From the NCBI GenBank assembly GCA_026914245.1, contig CP110439.1, positions 7,874,001 to 7,938,000 of the forward strand: DNA of 64,000 nt, written 5' to 3'. Both the position numbers and the translations under genes were made by a program. Under the pieces are notes generated by a model. It saw only the letters and a list, made by a program, of their open reading frames with translations. It made no database searches and was not told the origin of the DNA. Shown here piece after piece: positions 26,092-38,880 of the stretch. The stretch comes from Puccinia triticina (taxonomy: Eukaryota). The stretch's first letter is position 1, and each line of letters starts with the position of its first letter.

Positions 26092-27659
26092 GCCACCACT
26101 CAGCACCCCTGAACCGCACCCCTTTTTTTCTTCACATTGTCTTCTGCTTACACAGCAAAGTAAGCCCGTAAACCACGGTCATTTCAATTCTTTCTGCTTA
26201 CACAGAAATAAGTATATAAACACAGTCATCTCTATTATTTCATGCTTAGGCAGAAACAATTACATCCACATTCATATTCATAGTCATATTGATTTTTCTC
26301 TGCTTCCAAAGAAATAAATGAATACACGGTCATTTGAGCTTGTTAAGTAAATTGACCCATACACATTGAGACTGCGGGCCCTTCCAAAAAAAAGTGGTTT
26401 GCCCGGACTGTGCAGCGCACATGGCTTTCCACATTTACAGCTAGTTGTTATGTAGTGCCTTACTAAAGAAATCCCGGTTTTTCTGCGTTTACACGCGGAA
26501 GGGCACAGGGAATTTTCATTAAAATGCTTCCCATGAAATATTTAGTGATCATATGGCATTGGAACATAACATATAAGGGATGCGTGGCAGGCTTATAGGA
26601 GAATTCTTGCTAACTGTATGAAAGGTTTTTTACCTTTCCCAGCAGTCCAAAAATCTCAGGACATTGCTATTTCAGCATAATCTCTGTTACCTGAAAATTA
26701 TAGCCATTCAGTGGAATCAGAACATGAGATATGAGGGATGTGTGGCTGGCTTAATAGGAATGCCTGCTAAGCATACACCATTTGTTCTGCATTTCCCAGA
26801 AGTCTAAAGATGTAAAAAAACTTTATGATTACACATAGTCTCTGTGCCCTCCAATTTATGGCAATGGGTTGGCATCAGAACATGGAATATGTCAGCTGTG
26901 TTTATGAAACTTAGGGTAAAAACCCGTCAGAAATGAGGGTTTTTTGCCCTAGTACTATAACTGTACTGAATTAAAACACTGGCAATAATGTGCCAAACTT
27001 GTTACGTGGTAATTAACAACTACAAGGGTTTATGCACTCTTATATAAGAGGAGAATATTTTTAATTAATAAGGTTTACTTATTAAGAACAGGGATATATA
27101 AGGTTTTGTGACGTAGAAATAGCTGGTAAGCGCTTAAACTGATTGGCTGCACATCAGAGGAGGAAGTCTTACAACAACTATTTATAAAGATATAACTGTA
27201 ACAATGCTTATAAGGGATATTGGAAATTTTTAGAGTTAAGATCTAGTGATTTTTGTGCCAAGAGGGCAGAAATAAAGGGATGGTTGGCTTTAATAAGCCA
27301 GAGGAGAATTTTCACAAGACAAATTACGGGTTAATGTGTGGGGAACTGTCTGGGGGGATAATTCCAGTGGCCCCATAACCTCCTTAAATACTGGAGAGGT
27401 CATTGAGAGCGCTGAAAAGTTCCCATTAGTTTTGGCTATGGGTAAATGCCAAGAGTAGACGTGTATTCTGCCTTGGTTATGGGTATTTTAATTGTATAAT
27501 ATTACATAACTTCCCTTACTCCCACACGTGACATTTGTATAACCAATTGTCATGTGAAATAGCTTAATATGAAGTGTAATATCAATTTGTACTATGGGTA
27601 CATCTCACCTGTGGCTCTTGTTTCACGGGGGAAAGGAATTTTACTAATAAATATATTTT

Positions 27660-28404
27660 CGGACTTACTTCGCGCACTGCGAAAAACACTTCGCGCACTG
27701 CACAGTGCGCGGATTCCCAAACACTTCGCGCACTGCGGGTAAACTACACAACTTTTTGAAGATTTTTCTTGACAAATCAATAAACAGGCTTCTCATTGGC
27801 CTCTCTGAATTTTTTGGAAGTTTTTCAAAGCATTCTTCTATGTTTAAAAAAATCATTAAAAACCAGAAGAAATGTAGGATTTGGGCGCCTAAAAAACAAG
27901 GTTCCTATAGCCCAAAAATTTCAAATAATTTTTTGAGTAATGAGAAATGTAAGAAAAGCTACTTCAAAACTTTTCAGCCACTTTTTGCAAGCATACAGGT
28001 CTGAAAAATGAGGATAATTTAGATGCAATGTGCTAATATGTGTTGAAGTTTCTTATTTTTCAGACCTGTATGCTTGCACAAAGTGCCTGAAAGGTTTTGA
28101 AGTAGCTTTTCTTACATGTTACATTACTCAACAAATTATTTGAAATTTTTGGGTTATGGGAACCTTGTTTTTTAGGCACCCAAATCCAACATTTCTTCTG
28201 GTTTTTAATGATTTTTTTAAACATAGAAGAATGCTTTGAAAAACTTCCAAAAAATTCAGAGAGGCCAATGAGAAGCCTTTCTATTGATTTGTCAAGAAAA
28301 ATCTTCAAAAAGTTGCGTAGTTTACCCGCAGTGCGCGAAGTGTTTGGGAATCCGCGCACTGTGCAGTGCGCGAAGTGTTTTTTGCAGTGCGCGAAGTAAG
28401 TCCG
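27660..28404. mobile_element. Foldback-type MITE (745 bp), same terminal family as 15947-16703
   Basis: Ends CGGACTTACTTCGCGCACTGC / GCAGTGCGCGAAGTAAGTCCG; long complementary arms; 8-bp TSD TATATTTT. Confidence 0.93.
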
Positions 28405-29791
28405 TATATTTTTATGTATTTTAATTTGTGTAATAATTTTTTATGTAGTTTTCCTGGTCTTTGGAGCGCTTTGTGGCTATATGTACATATGTGAAAAAAT
28501 GTATGAAGGAGTAGAAATGAGGGGTTACTCTGAGCGGATGACCCCCCTTAATTTAACATGAGGATTCTGAATATTCAATAATATTTCAGGATTTGTAAAT
28601 TGTCTACAAGTTTTTGCAGACTTTAGGATACTTGTTGTATCTCTAATGCTGACAGAATATAAGGGATGTGTGGTAGTCATAATTGAAAAATTTGGAGCAA
28701 CTGAAAGTTGTTTTGCTCTATTTTAATCTTTTGTAATTTTTTATTTACACTTTTAGAGATTAAAATAGTGAGCAGAAAGTAGAAATTATTTTACCTGAAA
28801 GCAGTACAAGAGCATGCTTGACTCAGGTCTAGTTCTTCTCTTTCAGCTGTCTTGCAACTGTAAATTTGGCAGGGATTGGTTGATTCTAATGAAGGAGGTT
28901 TCTACATGATACCGCTTCATTAGTTCTCTTACTCCCCACTCTGGGTATGGGTCTTGGACTCACCAGTGCAGGAGCCAGTTATTATAATAACCTGGTCTTG
29001 TCCTACCACCAGTGCCAGTACGGGTGAGCTGATTCTGGGGCTGCTTGCCAAACATAGTTTGTGTCAAGTCAGCTGGTTTATCCTTTTCCGGTTCTAGAGC
29101 TACTCACCACATGTGGTGCTACCTGTGAACCTGCTAGTGCACATCCCTTACATATAAACTATATTATAATTACACACCATTGCTATAAGCTTTGAGCACA
29201 AATGATATCTTCCATTAATAATTCCCTTGAGTTTTTAGAATGCAGGGACATGTAACAGAAATTTTATACAGGTAGCAGTCATGTCTCTATTAAACTCACT
29301 GTCCACAACTTGTGTCTAATTTTCTGAGGTGAATTTATTGCCAAAAAGTTCTGGGAACAGAGAATAACATTTTTCCAAAAAAGTTATTGAACACTGTGGG
29401 CTATGACAACTTGACTTCCTGGCCACAGTGCCCAGGCACTCAAAACACTTTGTGTACTGAAAAATAAATACCTAAAATAACCTCAGTGCAGGCTCCCACT
29501 CCCCTGGGAACACTCCTCCAGGGATCTTCAACCTGCCAAAAACTCATAGGTTGGTTCCACAGCCCCTTGAAAACACAGTTTGAGGGGCAGAAGCTTTGTC
29601 TTCCTTCAGAATAGTGTATGCAATGGGCAAAATAAGCAGGGTTTTTATGCACATCCCCAAGTTGACTTGGGTGGATGGTGATGTCAAAATATCATCTTGA
29701 ATGGGATAGATTTTGTGTTTCTGGCTTAGCGGAAATCATGGATATTTGAACTCTTGAAATTGAAAATAACGTAGAAAATACTCACCTTGAT

Positions 29792-30366
29792 CAAGGGTGT
29801 AACCTCTGCGCTGCAAAAAGCGCAGTGCAGCGTCTTTTGGGGCCACTTTGCTGCACTGATAATCAGCCGCTGGGTTGCTGCGCTAACGCTTTTTCATCTC
29901 ACCGGAAAAAAAACTTGTATTTTAGCGCGCCAAATCAGCGGACAATCAGTGTCAAACCGCTGCGCTGTCACTAAATTCAGCGGCCGCGCAGCGGAAAACC
30001 GCTGACCACTTTTTCAGCATCAATGCGCTGATTTTGCTGTGCCACAACATGGTGATAAGGACATATTGATGTTGAATGGGAGGCAGAGGGGTTGGTTGAC
30101 GTGTCCCGGCCTGCTACCGCTGTGGCAATAGTCAGCGCTGCTACCGGGGCACAGCAAAATCAGGGCGCTGACGCCAAAAAAGCGGTCAGCTGTTTTTCTG
30201 CTGTGCTGCGCTAATTGTCAGCGTGAGCACTCTTTCCAGCGCTGCGCTAACGCTGTTTGGCGGCGAGGGTCAGCGGGAGCGCTGCGCTAACACCAATTGG
30301 GCTTGGGTGTCAGCGCTGCGCTAAAAGTTCCGCTTTTTTCAGCGCAGCACAGCGGTTACACCCTTG
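29792..30366. mobile_element. MITE (575 bp), CAGCG/CGCTG-rich, 7-bp TSD
   Basis: TIR CAAGGGTGTAACC / GGTTACACCCTTG; flanking CCTTGAT at 29785-29791 and 30367-30373. Confidence 0.85.
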
Positions 30367-30955
30367 CCTTGATGTTACTGTTGAACATGTAGGTCATGTA
30401 GGTCCCCATCAGCTTCAACTAGTTTTTACCTTTTCAGGGTGCTCTATCAGCTTGAAATGAATTTTACCTCTGCAGGGTGTGGTTGGTGGATATTTCCAAG
30501 TCCTTCCTAGGCTCACATCACATTACTTCCCCATTAAGGTTAGCCATGCTACTGTGTATTTTGCTGATTCTCTCCTCAGCAACCACAAGCCCACTTCTAG
30601 CATCCTCAATGATGATTTATGAGATCTTACTTGAGCTTTATCCTGGATGCTGATGGCATCTAACTTGGCTCACCTGTTTCTTGATAAATGGGTGACTGAA
30701 GGGATACCAAACCCCTTCTATAATTTCTGCTGATAAGGCCAAGTTTTTTTCACTCCAAGGAAATTTTCTTTTGAGACTATCATCCAACAGAAATTTTGAT
30801 GTAGAGCTGAAAACAAGCCTTGACAAGATCAAATTCATCTTGGGAACTCTCTATCTTATTGAAATGTGACTGTATGGTTTGAACATGGATAACAAATAAT
30901 CTGGTAAAAGAATGAATTGGATCAATTTATTGAATGAAAAGAAGAAGAAATATTA

Positions 30956-32678
30956 CTAGCCCTCTGCATCATTTGCAATTCCAAGATCACTATCAGTAAG
31001 GTAAAGTAAAGGTTCAGGAAATTGTATGAAGTGTGCCTGGATTAGGGAGAGCATGTAGTGGAAAACATCCCACACACTACCAACAGTAATTTGATGGAAT
31101 TGGAACCCCAGATTGGCCATAATTGCAGAGGCTGCTGTGTGGAACCATGGTGGTGTATGGGTAAACATACTATCTATATCTGGGTAATCTTCTTCCAAAC
31201 ACTGTTGAACTTGCGCATCATCAACATGAACAAGCTGGTCAACTGTGCCGAAATATTCTGGTGTACTGTAAGAGAAGTCGGGTGCACATCCAGTTGGTTG
31301 ACTGATACTATAATCTCTTCTTTTCCGTGCATTGTTGTTCAGATCAACCTATATGTTGGCGCTAGCCTGGAAAACTGGTATCCAAAGAAAAAGGAAAAGC
31401 AATCTGTCATAATTTGTCAGTTGTGACCTTCCAATAAGCAAAATTTAGGTAGTTCCCACTTACTTCTGTACTGGATCCTCAGGGTCATACAAACCATTCT
31501 CCTCTTGGGTTGTGATGTTGTCAATGATGGCTCGGTTGTGCTGCTTCATCATTTGGGACCAAAGAGCCTCAATTTTTTGATTTCGGGTTGATTTGGTATG
31601 GTGCATTCGGGTATATGATTCTTCAAGAGTAATCCCGCCGGCATGATAGGACAGGTACATCTGATACATACTCACATCGCCAGTCTCTGTACCATGGTCG
31701 GCGGTGACTTTGAGTGGGACACCACCAAATTTTGAAACCAGCTTGAGGAAGTAGACTCCAATGTGGCGAGGATCATTATTTGTAACATGGGTGAAAATAC
31801 CCAATATTTTACGAGACCAGGCATCAATAACACCATAAACAGCTATTCCAAATCGCTTGAGTTTGTCGTGGCCATCAATGGACCAAACATGATTTGGGCC
31901 GTATGTGCGAAAGACTCGGCGTTTGCAGGTTTGTCTAAGGCAAGCAGTCATAGCTTCTGGATCAATATCTCGTAGGACATTGTAGACAACTTGTCTGATA
32001 CATTGGTTCAATTTAACCAAATATTAGCAAGGTTTCATATCTGCTTTCTGGAGAAGATTCAGTGAGGATGACTCACCGGGGAATGCGAATATTGTAGTTT
32101 CTCATAAGAAGAGTCTTCATTTGTCGATAACCAGTGTTGTTATGTAGTAGGTACCGCTGTATATGGTCAATGGCTTCGTAGACTTGACTCAGTGTCACAT
32201 TTCCCTCCGTCAGATCGTTTACATTTAGCTTCAGTCGGAGTCGGCGCAAGTATCTTTTGACAGTCCGTAAGTGAACTGTGATGCCCGTCTCCTTAGCAAG
32301 TCTTGCTTGGATTTCTTGCAAATTCAGGCCTTTGGAATGTGAGGACATGATAGATGCACGAATCTGAGGTGACAGTTCTACTTGAGTGGGTTGGGGTATA
32401 TCGCAATGTCTGAGGCCCCAGAGCTTTCGGTAGCGAGTCAGTGAGCTAGCAGACAAGGAAATGTTATGCCGAACTAGCAGAATCTCAAGAATTTTTGGTC
32501 CTTTGTAGCCTTTTGATAGGAGCTGCTTGACCATGTCTTGCACAAAGTCTTCTGAAGCAATGGTTTCCAGTTCACCTGGTTCTTCATCTTCACTTCTTGA
32601 TTCATTGTCAGAATTGTAGGGTGAGTCGTCAGTACCGGAATGTTCCGATTCGTCGGTTGTTGTCTGATCGGCATCCAT
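30956..32678 (-). pseudogene. Integrase-core (IS3/IS481-related) DDE transposase, 3 exons, premature stop in the last exon
   Basis: HTH-like N-terminus (ITVHLRTVKRYLRRL, TGYRQMK). Catalytic core GPNHVWSIDGHDKLKRFG..GVIDAWSR..P..VTADHGTE..STRNQKIEALW. Introns near 32000-32076 and 31404-31464. In-frame TAG at about 31349-31351 (ASANI*VDLN). Confidence 0.85.
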
Positions 32679-33489
32679 CGGAGTTGAATGACTGATCAAA
32701 ACCCCAGTGCAGCTGTTAACGGTGACAGTGTTGAAGTCAATTCACCGACCCAGGTCAGATGAGATTCGTAACCAATATTGGTTCCCTTTTTTCATTATGT
32801 ATGTTCGTTCCCAGTTTCCATGTTACACAAATGCGACTTGGACTTGGTCCTTTTGGGTACATAATGGAAAGAGTTTTAAACCAACATGGACAATCAGAAA
32901 CACCAAAGAAGGAGGAGGTGTTTCCGATTGTGCATGTTGAAATACAGAAATCTGTATTTGGAATGGAATACAGAAATCTGTATTTCCCAAAGTGATTTTT
33001 CACTTGCGAAAATGGTGAGCCGATTGGTGTCCCCTCTGGGCTTCCGTACTGAGCCTACGCACGAAACCGGTATGAATGCCTTGTGAAAATGTATGAATTT
33101 CGGCCAAATCTTGGATTTTTGGTTACCCACCTCTATAGGGGGTTTCCAGGGTCCTGCCACTCTACAGCTCATAACAGAAACAGATACAGTATCTCCAATG
33201 TATCTGCATGTATATTTTGATGTATCTGTATTCAGGGTGAAAATAGATTGGGCCAAGCAAAAACTAACCCATTGACCCATTGGGCCGCGGGTTAGGTTTG
33301 GGTATGTTTTGAAAGAAAATCACATGACCCTCGAGATAGTCATTCGGTACCCGCGGCGGGTACCTGGTACCTCGCACCCGCCTCGCGGTACTAGGTACTG
33401 AGTTTTGGCCGGAAAGCGGTGCGGTACCCGGGTACCGCCTTGTACAAGTACCTCCCATCCCCCGGGGGATTGAGGGCCTTGACTCGGTA

Positions 33490-33860
33490 GATCCAGCTCG
33501 GCAAAGGTCTCCCAGCAAGCTGGGAGGATTCCTCTTGGCATATCCAGCTCGCCGAGGAGACTCCTTTTGGGGAGCTGAATACACATATTGTATCCAGCTC
33601 GCGGCCGCCGAGGAACCTCCTGATGAGCTGGAGAGGAGTCCCCTCGCCGAGCTGGATACATATGTATCCAGCTCGCCGAGAGGAATCTTCCAAGGGAGCT
33701 GGATGTGTCCAGCTCGCTGTGAGACCTCCTTAGCCGAGCTGGATATTGTCTATCCATCTTGGCGAGAGATGAGTCATCTCGGCGAGCTGGATACATATTA
33801 TGTACCCAGCTCGGCGAGGGATGTCCACCCGGCGAGCTGGACGCATATCCAGCTCGCTGG
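33490..33860. repeat. Array of short CCAGCTCG/CGAGCTGG inverted motifs
   Basis: More than 10 alternating copies of ATCCAGCTCG and CGAGCTGGAT; subterminal-repeat style non-autonomous element. Confidence 0.65.
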
Positions 33861-33984
33861 GTGGACTTGCCTCTTTGACCGGAGCCATTCCTCCGGTCGA
33901 AGAGGTTCCAATCGGATGGATCAATTCCTCCTTGACCGGAGGGATTCCTCCAGTCGAAGAGGAGAGCCAGTGCTTGCCAGGAGG

Positions 33985-34479
33985 TAGAGAATGTCAAAAC
34001 GGACCCGGGTATAATTTACACCACCGGTACCCGCGTGTTTTTTTCCAAAAACAGGCACCCGGCACCGCCTGGTACCCGCCAGCTTTTTTCATCAAAAAGG
34101 TCACCAAGAGGTGTCCTTGATGACCAGAATGGATGCGTCATCAAGAGGTCCTCCCCTCGATGACCGCAACAGGTCGGTCATTGAGGGGAGGACCTCTCAA
34201 TGACCAGAAAAGCGATGACCGACCTGTTCCGGTCATCAAACAGGTCGGTCATGGTCATTGAGGCCAATGACCTCTATTGTCAGTCATCGAGGGCAGCTCA
34301 GAGCGGGCCAAGGGCCGGGGGTCCGGGGTTTACCCGATTAACCCGGTGGGGGAAAGCGGTACTTGGGGGCGGTACCCGGGTACCGCACCGCTTTTTCCGA
34401 AAAAACGGGCACCCGGCACCGCCTGGCGGGTGCAGGCGGTACCCGCCCGCGGGTGCCGGGTACCGGTTGACATTCTCTA
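33985..34479. mobile_element. hAT-like MITE (GGTACC-rich)
   Basis: TIR TAGAGAATGTCAA / TTGACATTCTCTA; 8-bp TSD CCAGGAGG / CCGGGAGG (one mismatch). Confidence 0.85.
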
Positions 34480-37400
34480 CCGGGAGGAGTCCCTCCCGGC
34501 GAACAGTGGCTTGTTTGCCCTCTAGCTTGTTGCAAAGGACGGCAACAAACTGGATGGAGCAAGCAGGACAGCAGGACGCTGCCACACCAAAAAATATCAC
34601 AGGCGGTACCCGCGGTACCTCCCAGGCGGTGCCGGGTGCACTAGAACGTCTGGGGACGGGCTGATCCTTACGTCTCACAACAGGACCTCCCCCGCAACAA
34701 CATACAGCCCAGTCACAGGCCCCGTGCCAGGCCCCACAACGGCTTCATGAAGCCGTCTCCCATTCCCTTGCCCAATCTGCCGTCCAAACCCCACATCACC
34801 AGACGGAAGCAGCCGATGTTAGTTGGCTGCTTGCAGCCCGTCCACCAAACAGGGTGGCCAGAACAGATGGCCAATACACAGTGGCCCATAAACCACACGG
34901 CCAAAACATTGCACGCCATATGTACAGCACCCCACCACAACTACCGCGTGCAACCTTCTGCGGCAAGATGAAACTGGCAGGTATCACCAGGGAGGGATAT
35001 GTGGCACTCTCTAGGGAGTGCCAAACCGTATGTTTCTTTGGTAACACTAGCTGATGTCATATGTGTGAGCATGCAAGGAGCAGGCTTCAAGGAGTTTGAT
35101 CTTATTTGCAACTAAGACTGATCTTTGATCCAATCAAGGGTGTGCAAAATTTTAATTCAGTGGAGGGTACCTTCACTTGATGCCTGGTACACCCTGGAGT
35201 TTTACACTTACTGGTGCGTATCAGCCATCAAGATGAGACACTCTCCACTCAATGACCTGGTTGTACAGCAATTGAGTGGAGATACCATTCATGTGATGAA
35301 TGTTGGACAAATATTGAGTGGAGGGTGTGTCCAATTCATGGCCATATGTAGATTGCCAGCCATCAAGTGGAGACATCCTCCCCTAAATGATCCAGGTTTT
35401 ATGGTCATTGAGCTGAAGGATTCTCCAATCAGTGACTGGTGTGCATCTGCCATTGAGCAGAGGGGTTCTCCATTTGGTAACTGGTGTGTATAGGCCATCA
35501 AGTGGAGACACCATCCACTTGAGTACAGGTCACTGTGCTGGGAAAAAGCCAGTTTGATGACTAGTAATACATATTGTTCACTGAGACGGACCTTTCCTAG
35601 CTTCAAGTACCAGTATGTACTGGACATTGCGCTGGGAAAGTACTGGCGCAATGAAAATTACATACTGACCATTCAGCTCTTCTTTTGCAAGCTGGGTGGC
35701 CAACATATATGGCCTCCCAAGCTTGGAAAGGCCAGATCAATGACCAGCATGTGCTGGTAATCCGGCTAGGGCTTCCTTTTCTTGATGACCAGTGTGCACT
35801 GGTCATTGTATTTGAGTTTGGAGAGGCCGCGGGTAGATGACCAGGGCATTATGGCTGTCAAGCGCGGCCTCTTCCAACTCAATGACCAGCTTATGCTGGC
35901 CATTGAGTCGGAGAAGCCCTAGCCTGATGACCAGCACATGCTGGTCATCGGGCCAGCCCTTCCGAGCTCGGTTGGCACTATATACTGGCCACCCTGATTG
36001 CAAAAGTGCATCTGGATGGTCAGTATGTGCTGGACTGTTCTTTTGGTGGAGGCTTTAGCAGCTCGACGAAAGCGCATGTTGTTCGTTGAGTCTGTGTACA
36101 TGATCATCACTGCAGCAATCAACTGCTCGGACAGTCATGTCCGAGCAGTTCTTGGACAGATGTCGTCCGACTACTTCAGCAATCTATTGGGTCTTTATTT
36201 TGGAAGTCTTGGACGAACTCGGTCCGAAAACTACTCGGGCAAGACTGTCCGAGTAGTAAGTTGGGCAGTGCAGCCACTTGCAAATGTCTCCCCTCATGTT
36301 CGGCCAAACATGGGGGTGGATATCGCGAACAAAACAAAACCCCCCGGGGACACACGGGGAGACCAAGCTGATCCCTGTTTCCCCCCTGCAGCCGTAGTTG
36401 ACTTGTGCCCAGCTTGAAAATTCCTGCACACGAGTTTTTATTATTATTTTCATTGCATATGCATGAAACTCCTGCCAATCCAATGCAAATGACTTTGATT
36501 GGTTTGGAAACAGCATGTCCATAATGCATCAGCATTATTCAACACCTGGTGCTGCTTAAGGATTGTTTGGATGCACCATTATACATCATAAATGGGTGAA
36601 TTTATGATGTGACCCCAGGGGGCTTTAAAAATTTGGTGGCAATGTGGGGTAAAATTTAGTTTGTGCGTCATAAATTTGCACTATTTATGATGTATACCAG
36701 TGCATCCAAACAGGGTCTAAGTACCATTTGATAAGAAAAATCAACATGATGTTGTTGCACAATACACATGGACACAATTATAGATATGATGAAGGAATGC
36801 TAACTGTAGGGAAAAAATGACGGAACAGTCAGGGAAAAGATTTGAAGATGATAAAACTACAAGTAAAAAAGGTGTGACTTATGCTGGGATGTCCATGGGC
36901 ATTTCAGAATTGACTTCTCACCTCAGATTTCTCAGACCAGGTTTTCAGTTCTTTCTCTTCCTACTTGCAGGATCACTGAAATATTTATGCACCTGTTGAT
37001 ATCTACCAATCTAGCTGCCATTGCCTATAGAAGCTTGGTTGTTCTTGCCTCTAGCCTATGCATTTTTCAGTCAGGTGGAGTTAAACTGATGAAAATTGTG
37101 CAATGTGTATTCAAGTATGTCAGCTGCATGGATTGGTACCAAATGAACAGCAGATGGCACTTCAAACTTCACCCTTCTTAAATGTTTCAAAATTCATTCC
37201 TTGGTAAAATGGTAGGCAGAACTGGCTCCAGTAGCTTTCACATTTTGTATTGCAGGGAGGAAAATGGCAGGTTACACCAGTTTTCCCAGCTTTGGCACTG
37301 CTTGCTATTTAAAGAATAAAAATTTGATTTCAAACCAATCTCCTCCCAATTTAATATGGGTATAGCCATGGTATAAATAGGCCACAATGATTCATCTACC

Positions 37401-37812
37401 ATTTGGCTTAGCCTTTGCGTTTGCTACATTTCCAAAGTCTGCTTCATTATATGATCTTATGTGTTTTTCTAATGAAAAAAAAACTCAGCTCTGCAAAAAA
37501 TTCCTTGTCACTTGGTCAAGGATACTTGTATTTTGCCAAAACATGTTGTAAATTGAAGTTCACATCCAGAATTGTGGCCATGATGAACCAAACGGATGAT
37601 TTCAACACAGATATTTTCATGTGTTGAAATTGAGTCACAGATTATTCCACAACCACTTCACCTATGGTTACCCTTGCATTGGCAAAATAAATAAACAAAG
37701 AGTTGCAGTTGACATTGAACTCACATCAGACCATTTGAATGATAAACATACAGTCTGGCACTCTCTAGAAAGTGCCACAAATCCCCCCCTGGTGTATTGC
37801 CCACTCGCTTGT

Positions 37813-37972
37813 TAGAGATTGCCAAGTGGACCCGCGCGCGGGTACCCGGCACCCGTGGGCGGGTACCTGCCACATGGCGTCGGGTACCCGCCCGCGGGTG
37901 CCGTGTACGGGTACGGGTGTCTGAATATCATGAAAAACACCGCGGGTACCCGGGTCCACTTGGCGATCTCTA
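37813..37972. mobile_element. hAT-like MITE (160 bp)
   Basis: TIR TAGAGATTGCCAAGTGGACCCG / CGGGTCCACTTGGCGATCTCTA; 8-bp TSD TCGCTTGT / TTGCTTGT. Confidence 0.85.
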
Positions 37973-38583
37973 TTGCTTGTGGTAGTGGGGCGCGATATGC
38001 AACGCGCAATGCCACCAATAACTGTGAGAAATGTTAGAGAAAGTCATTGTTTATTGCACACACATCTGAGGCAGGAAAAAATCTGCCCTGAAAACACAAT
38101 ACAACAAAAAAAAATACACAAAAGGGAAGCTGGAAGCGACGGAAGAAAACAGAAATACAAGAGCTATGTACAGGGGGGGTTGGAAATTTGGAAACCAGAT
38201 GTACATGTGTACAAATGCATATGCATATTGAGAGCAGAGACTCTCCAAGAGGCAGAGCAGCATTTTTGCCATCTTCACCATGACTTCAAGCTCGGTAGGT
38301 GGCTGAATGATGTCCACATCAAGCTGAGAGGAGAGAGTATCCCCTGTGGCCAAAGGACCAAGCTCCTTTTATGCAAACTGGCTAATCAGCGCCTGTTAAA
38401 TTGGGTGGCTTCAACGCGTCATTTTATCAATTAGATTAACCTAACTTAAATAAGTCCCTCTCTATGTGGAGGGGGGACACCGTCCCGCAGGGACCCTCCG
38501 AAGGAGGGACTTATGCGCTATGTTGACCTCGTGGCCTGAGAGAATTTCAAAAATGCTGTTTGTAGAGCGAGTAAAAGGAATAG

Positions 38584-38655
38584 TGCAGACAGGGGGAATC
38601 GAACCCGCATCTCCCCGATGCATGCTGGGTTGCTCTACCGTTGAGCTATATCCAC
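38584..38655 (-). pseudogene. tRNA-Ala(TGC)-like sequence within the TRIM 3' LTR
   Basis: GTGGATATAGCTCAACGGTAGAGCAACCCAGCATGCATCGGGGAGATGCGGGTTCGATTCCCCCTGTCTGC: A box TAGCTCAACGG, B box GGTTCGATTCC, D stem GCTC/GAGC. Anticodon and T arms are imperfect. Confidence 0.8.
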
Positions 38656-38808
38656 AGGTGTGAGGTGTACCAACATATACTACCTCTACACACCCCCTGT
38701 ACACCTACACCGGTGACAGAGCCCACTAATCCTCCCAGAGGCTCATCCCAGGTACGCAGCTGCCTATAGCGCTGGGCTCATAACCTGTAGAGCGAGTAAA
38801 AGGAATAG

Positions 38809-38880
38809 TGCGGACAGGGGGAATCGAACCCGCATCTCCCCGATGCATGCTGGGTTGCTCTACCGTTGAGCTATATCCAC
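38809..38880 (-). pseudogene. tRNA-Ala(TGC)-like sequence within the TRIM 5' LTR
   Basis: Second copy of the same cassette; acceptor stem GTGGATA/TGTCCGC pairs with G-U wobbles. Confidence 0.8.

Larger units (their letters stand above)
21937..33048. mobile_element. IS3EU-like DDE DNA transposon (11.1 kb) carrying a transposase and an alpha-kinase gene
   Basis: 124-bp TIRs at 21937-22060 and 32925-33048, termini TAC..GTA, 6-bp TSD CTGAGC at 21931-21936 and 33049-33054. An integrase-type DDE gene starts just inside the right TIR. Confidence 0.9.
20897..33154. mobile_element. Non-autonomous TIR element (Mutator-like), about 1.15 kb of its own sequence, split by the IS3EU-like insertion
   Basis: 38-bp TIRs GGACCCTGGAAACCCCCTATAGAGGTGGGTAACCAAAA at 20897-20934 and 33117-33154. 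10-bp TSD TGCCACTCTA at 20887-20896 and 33155-33164. Superfamily inferred from TSD length and GG..CC ends only. Confidence 0.85.

Noticed and set aside
20897..33154. A single 12.3-kb transposon owning the kinase and transposase
   Set aside because: An inner TIR pair with its own perfect 6-bp TSD shows that the genes belong to a separate nested element (21937-33048).
33490..33860. CRISPR-like repeat-spacer array
   Set aside because: Eukaryotic context; repeats are short, alternate in orientation and are irregularly spaced; no cas genes.
34700..37800. Numerous short ORFs
   Set aside because: No domain signatures; the sequence looks like decayed MITE and repeat fragments.
38584..38880. Two tandem functional tRNA-Ala genes
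   Set aside because: Both lie within the LTRs of a TSD-flanked element and have mismatched anticodon and T stems. Treated as tRNA-derived promoter cassettes.
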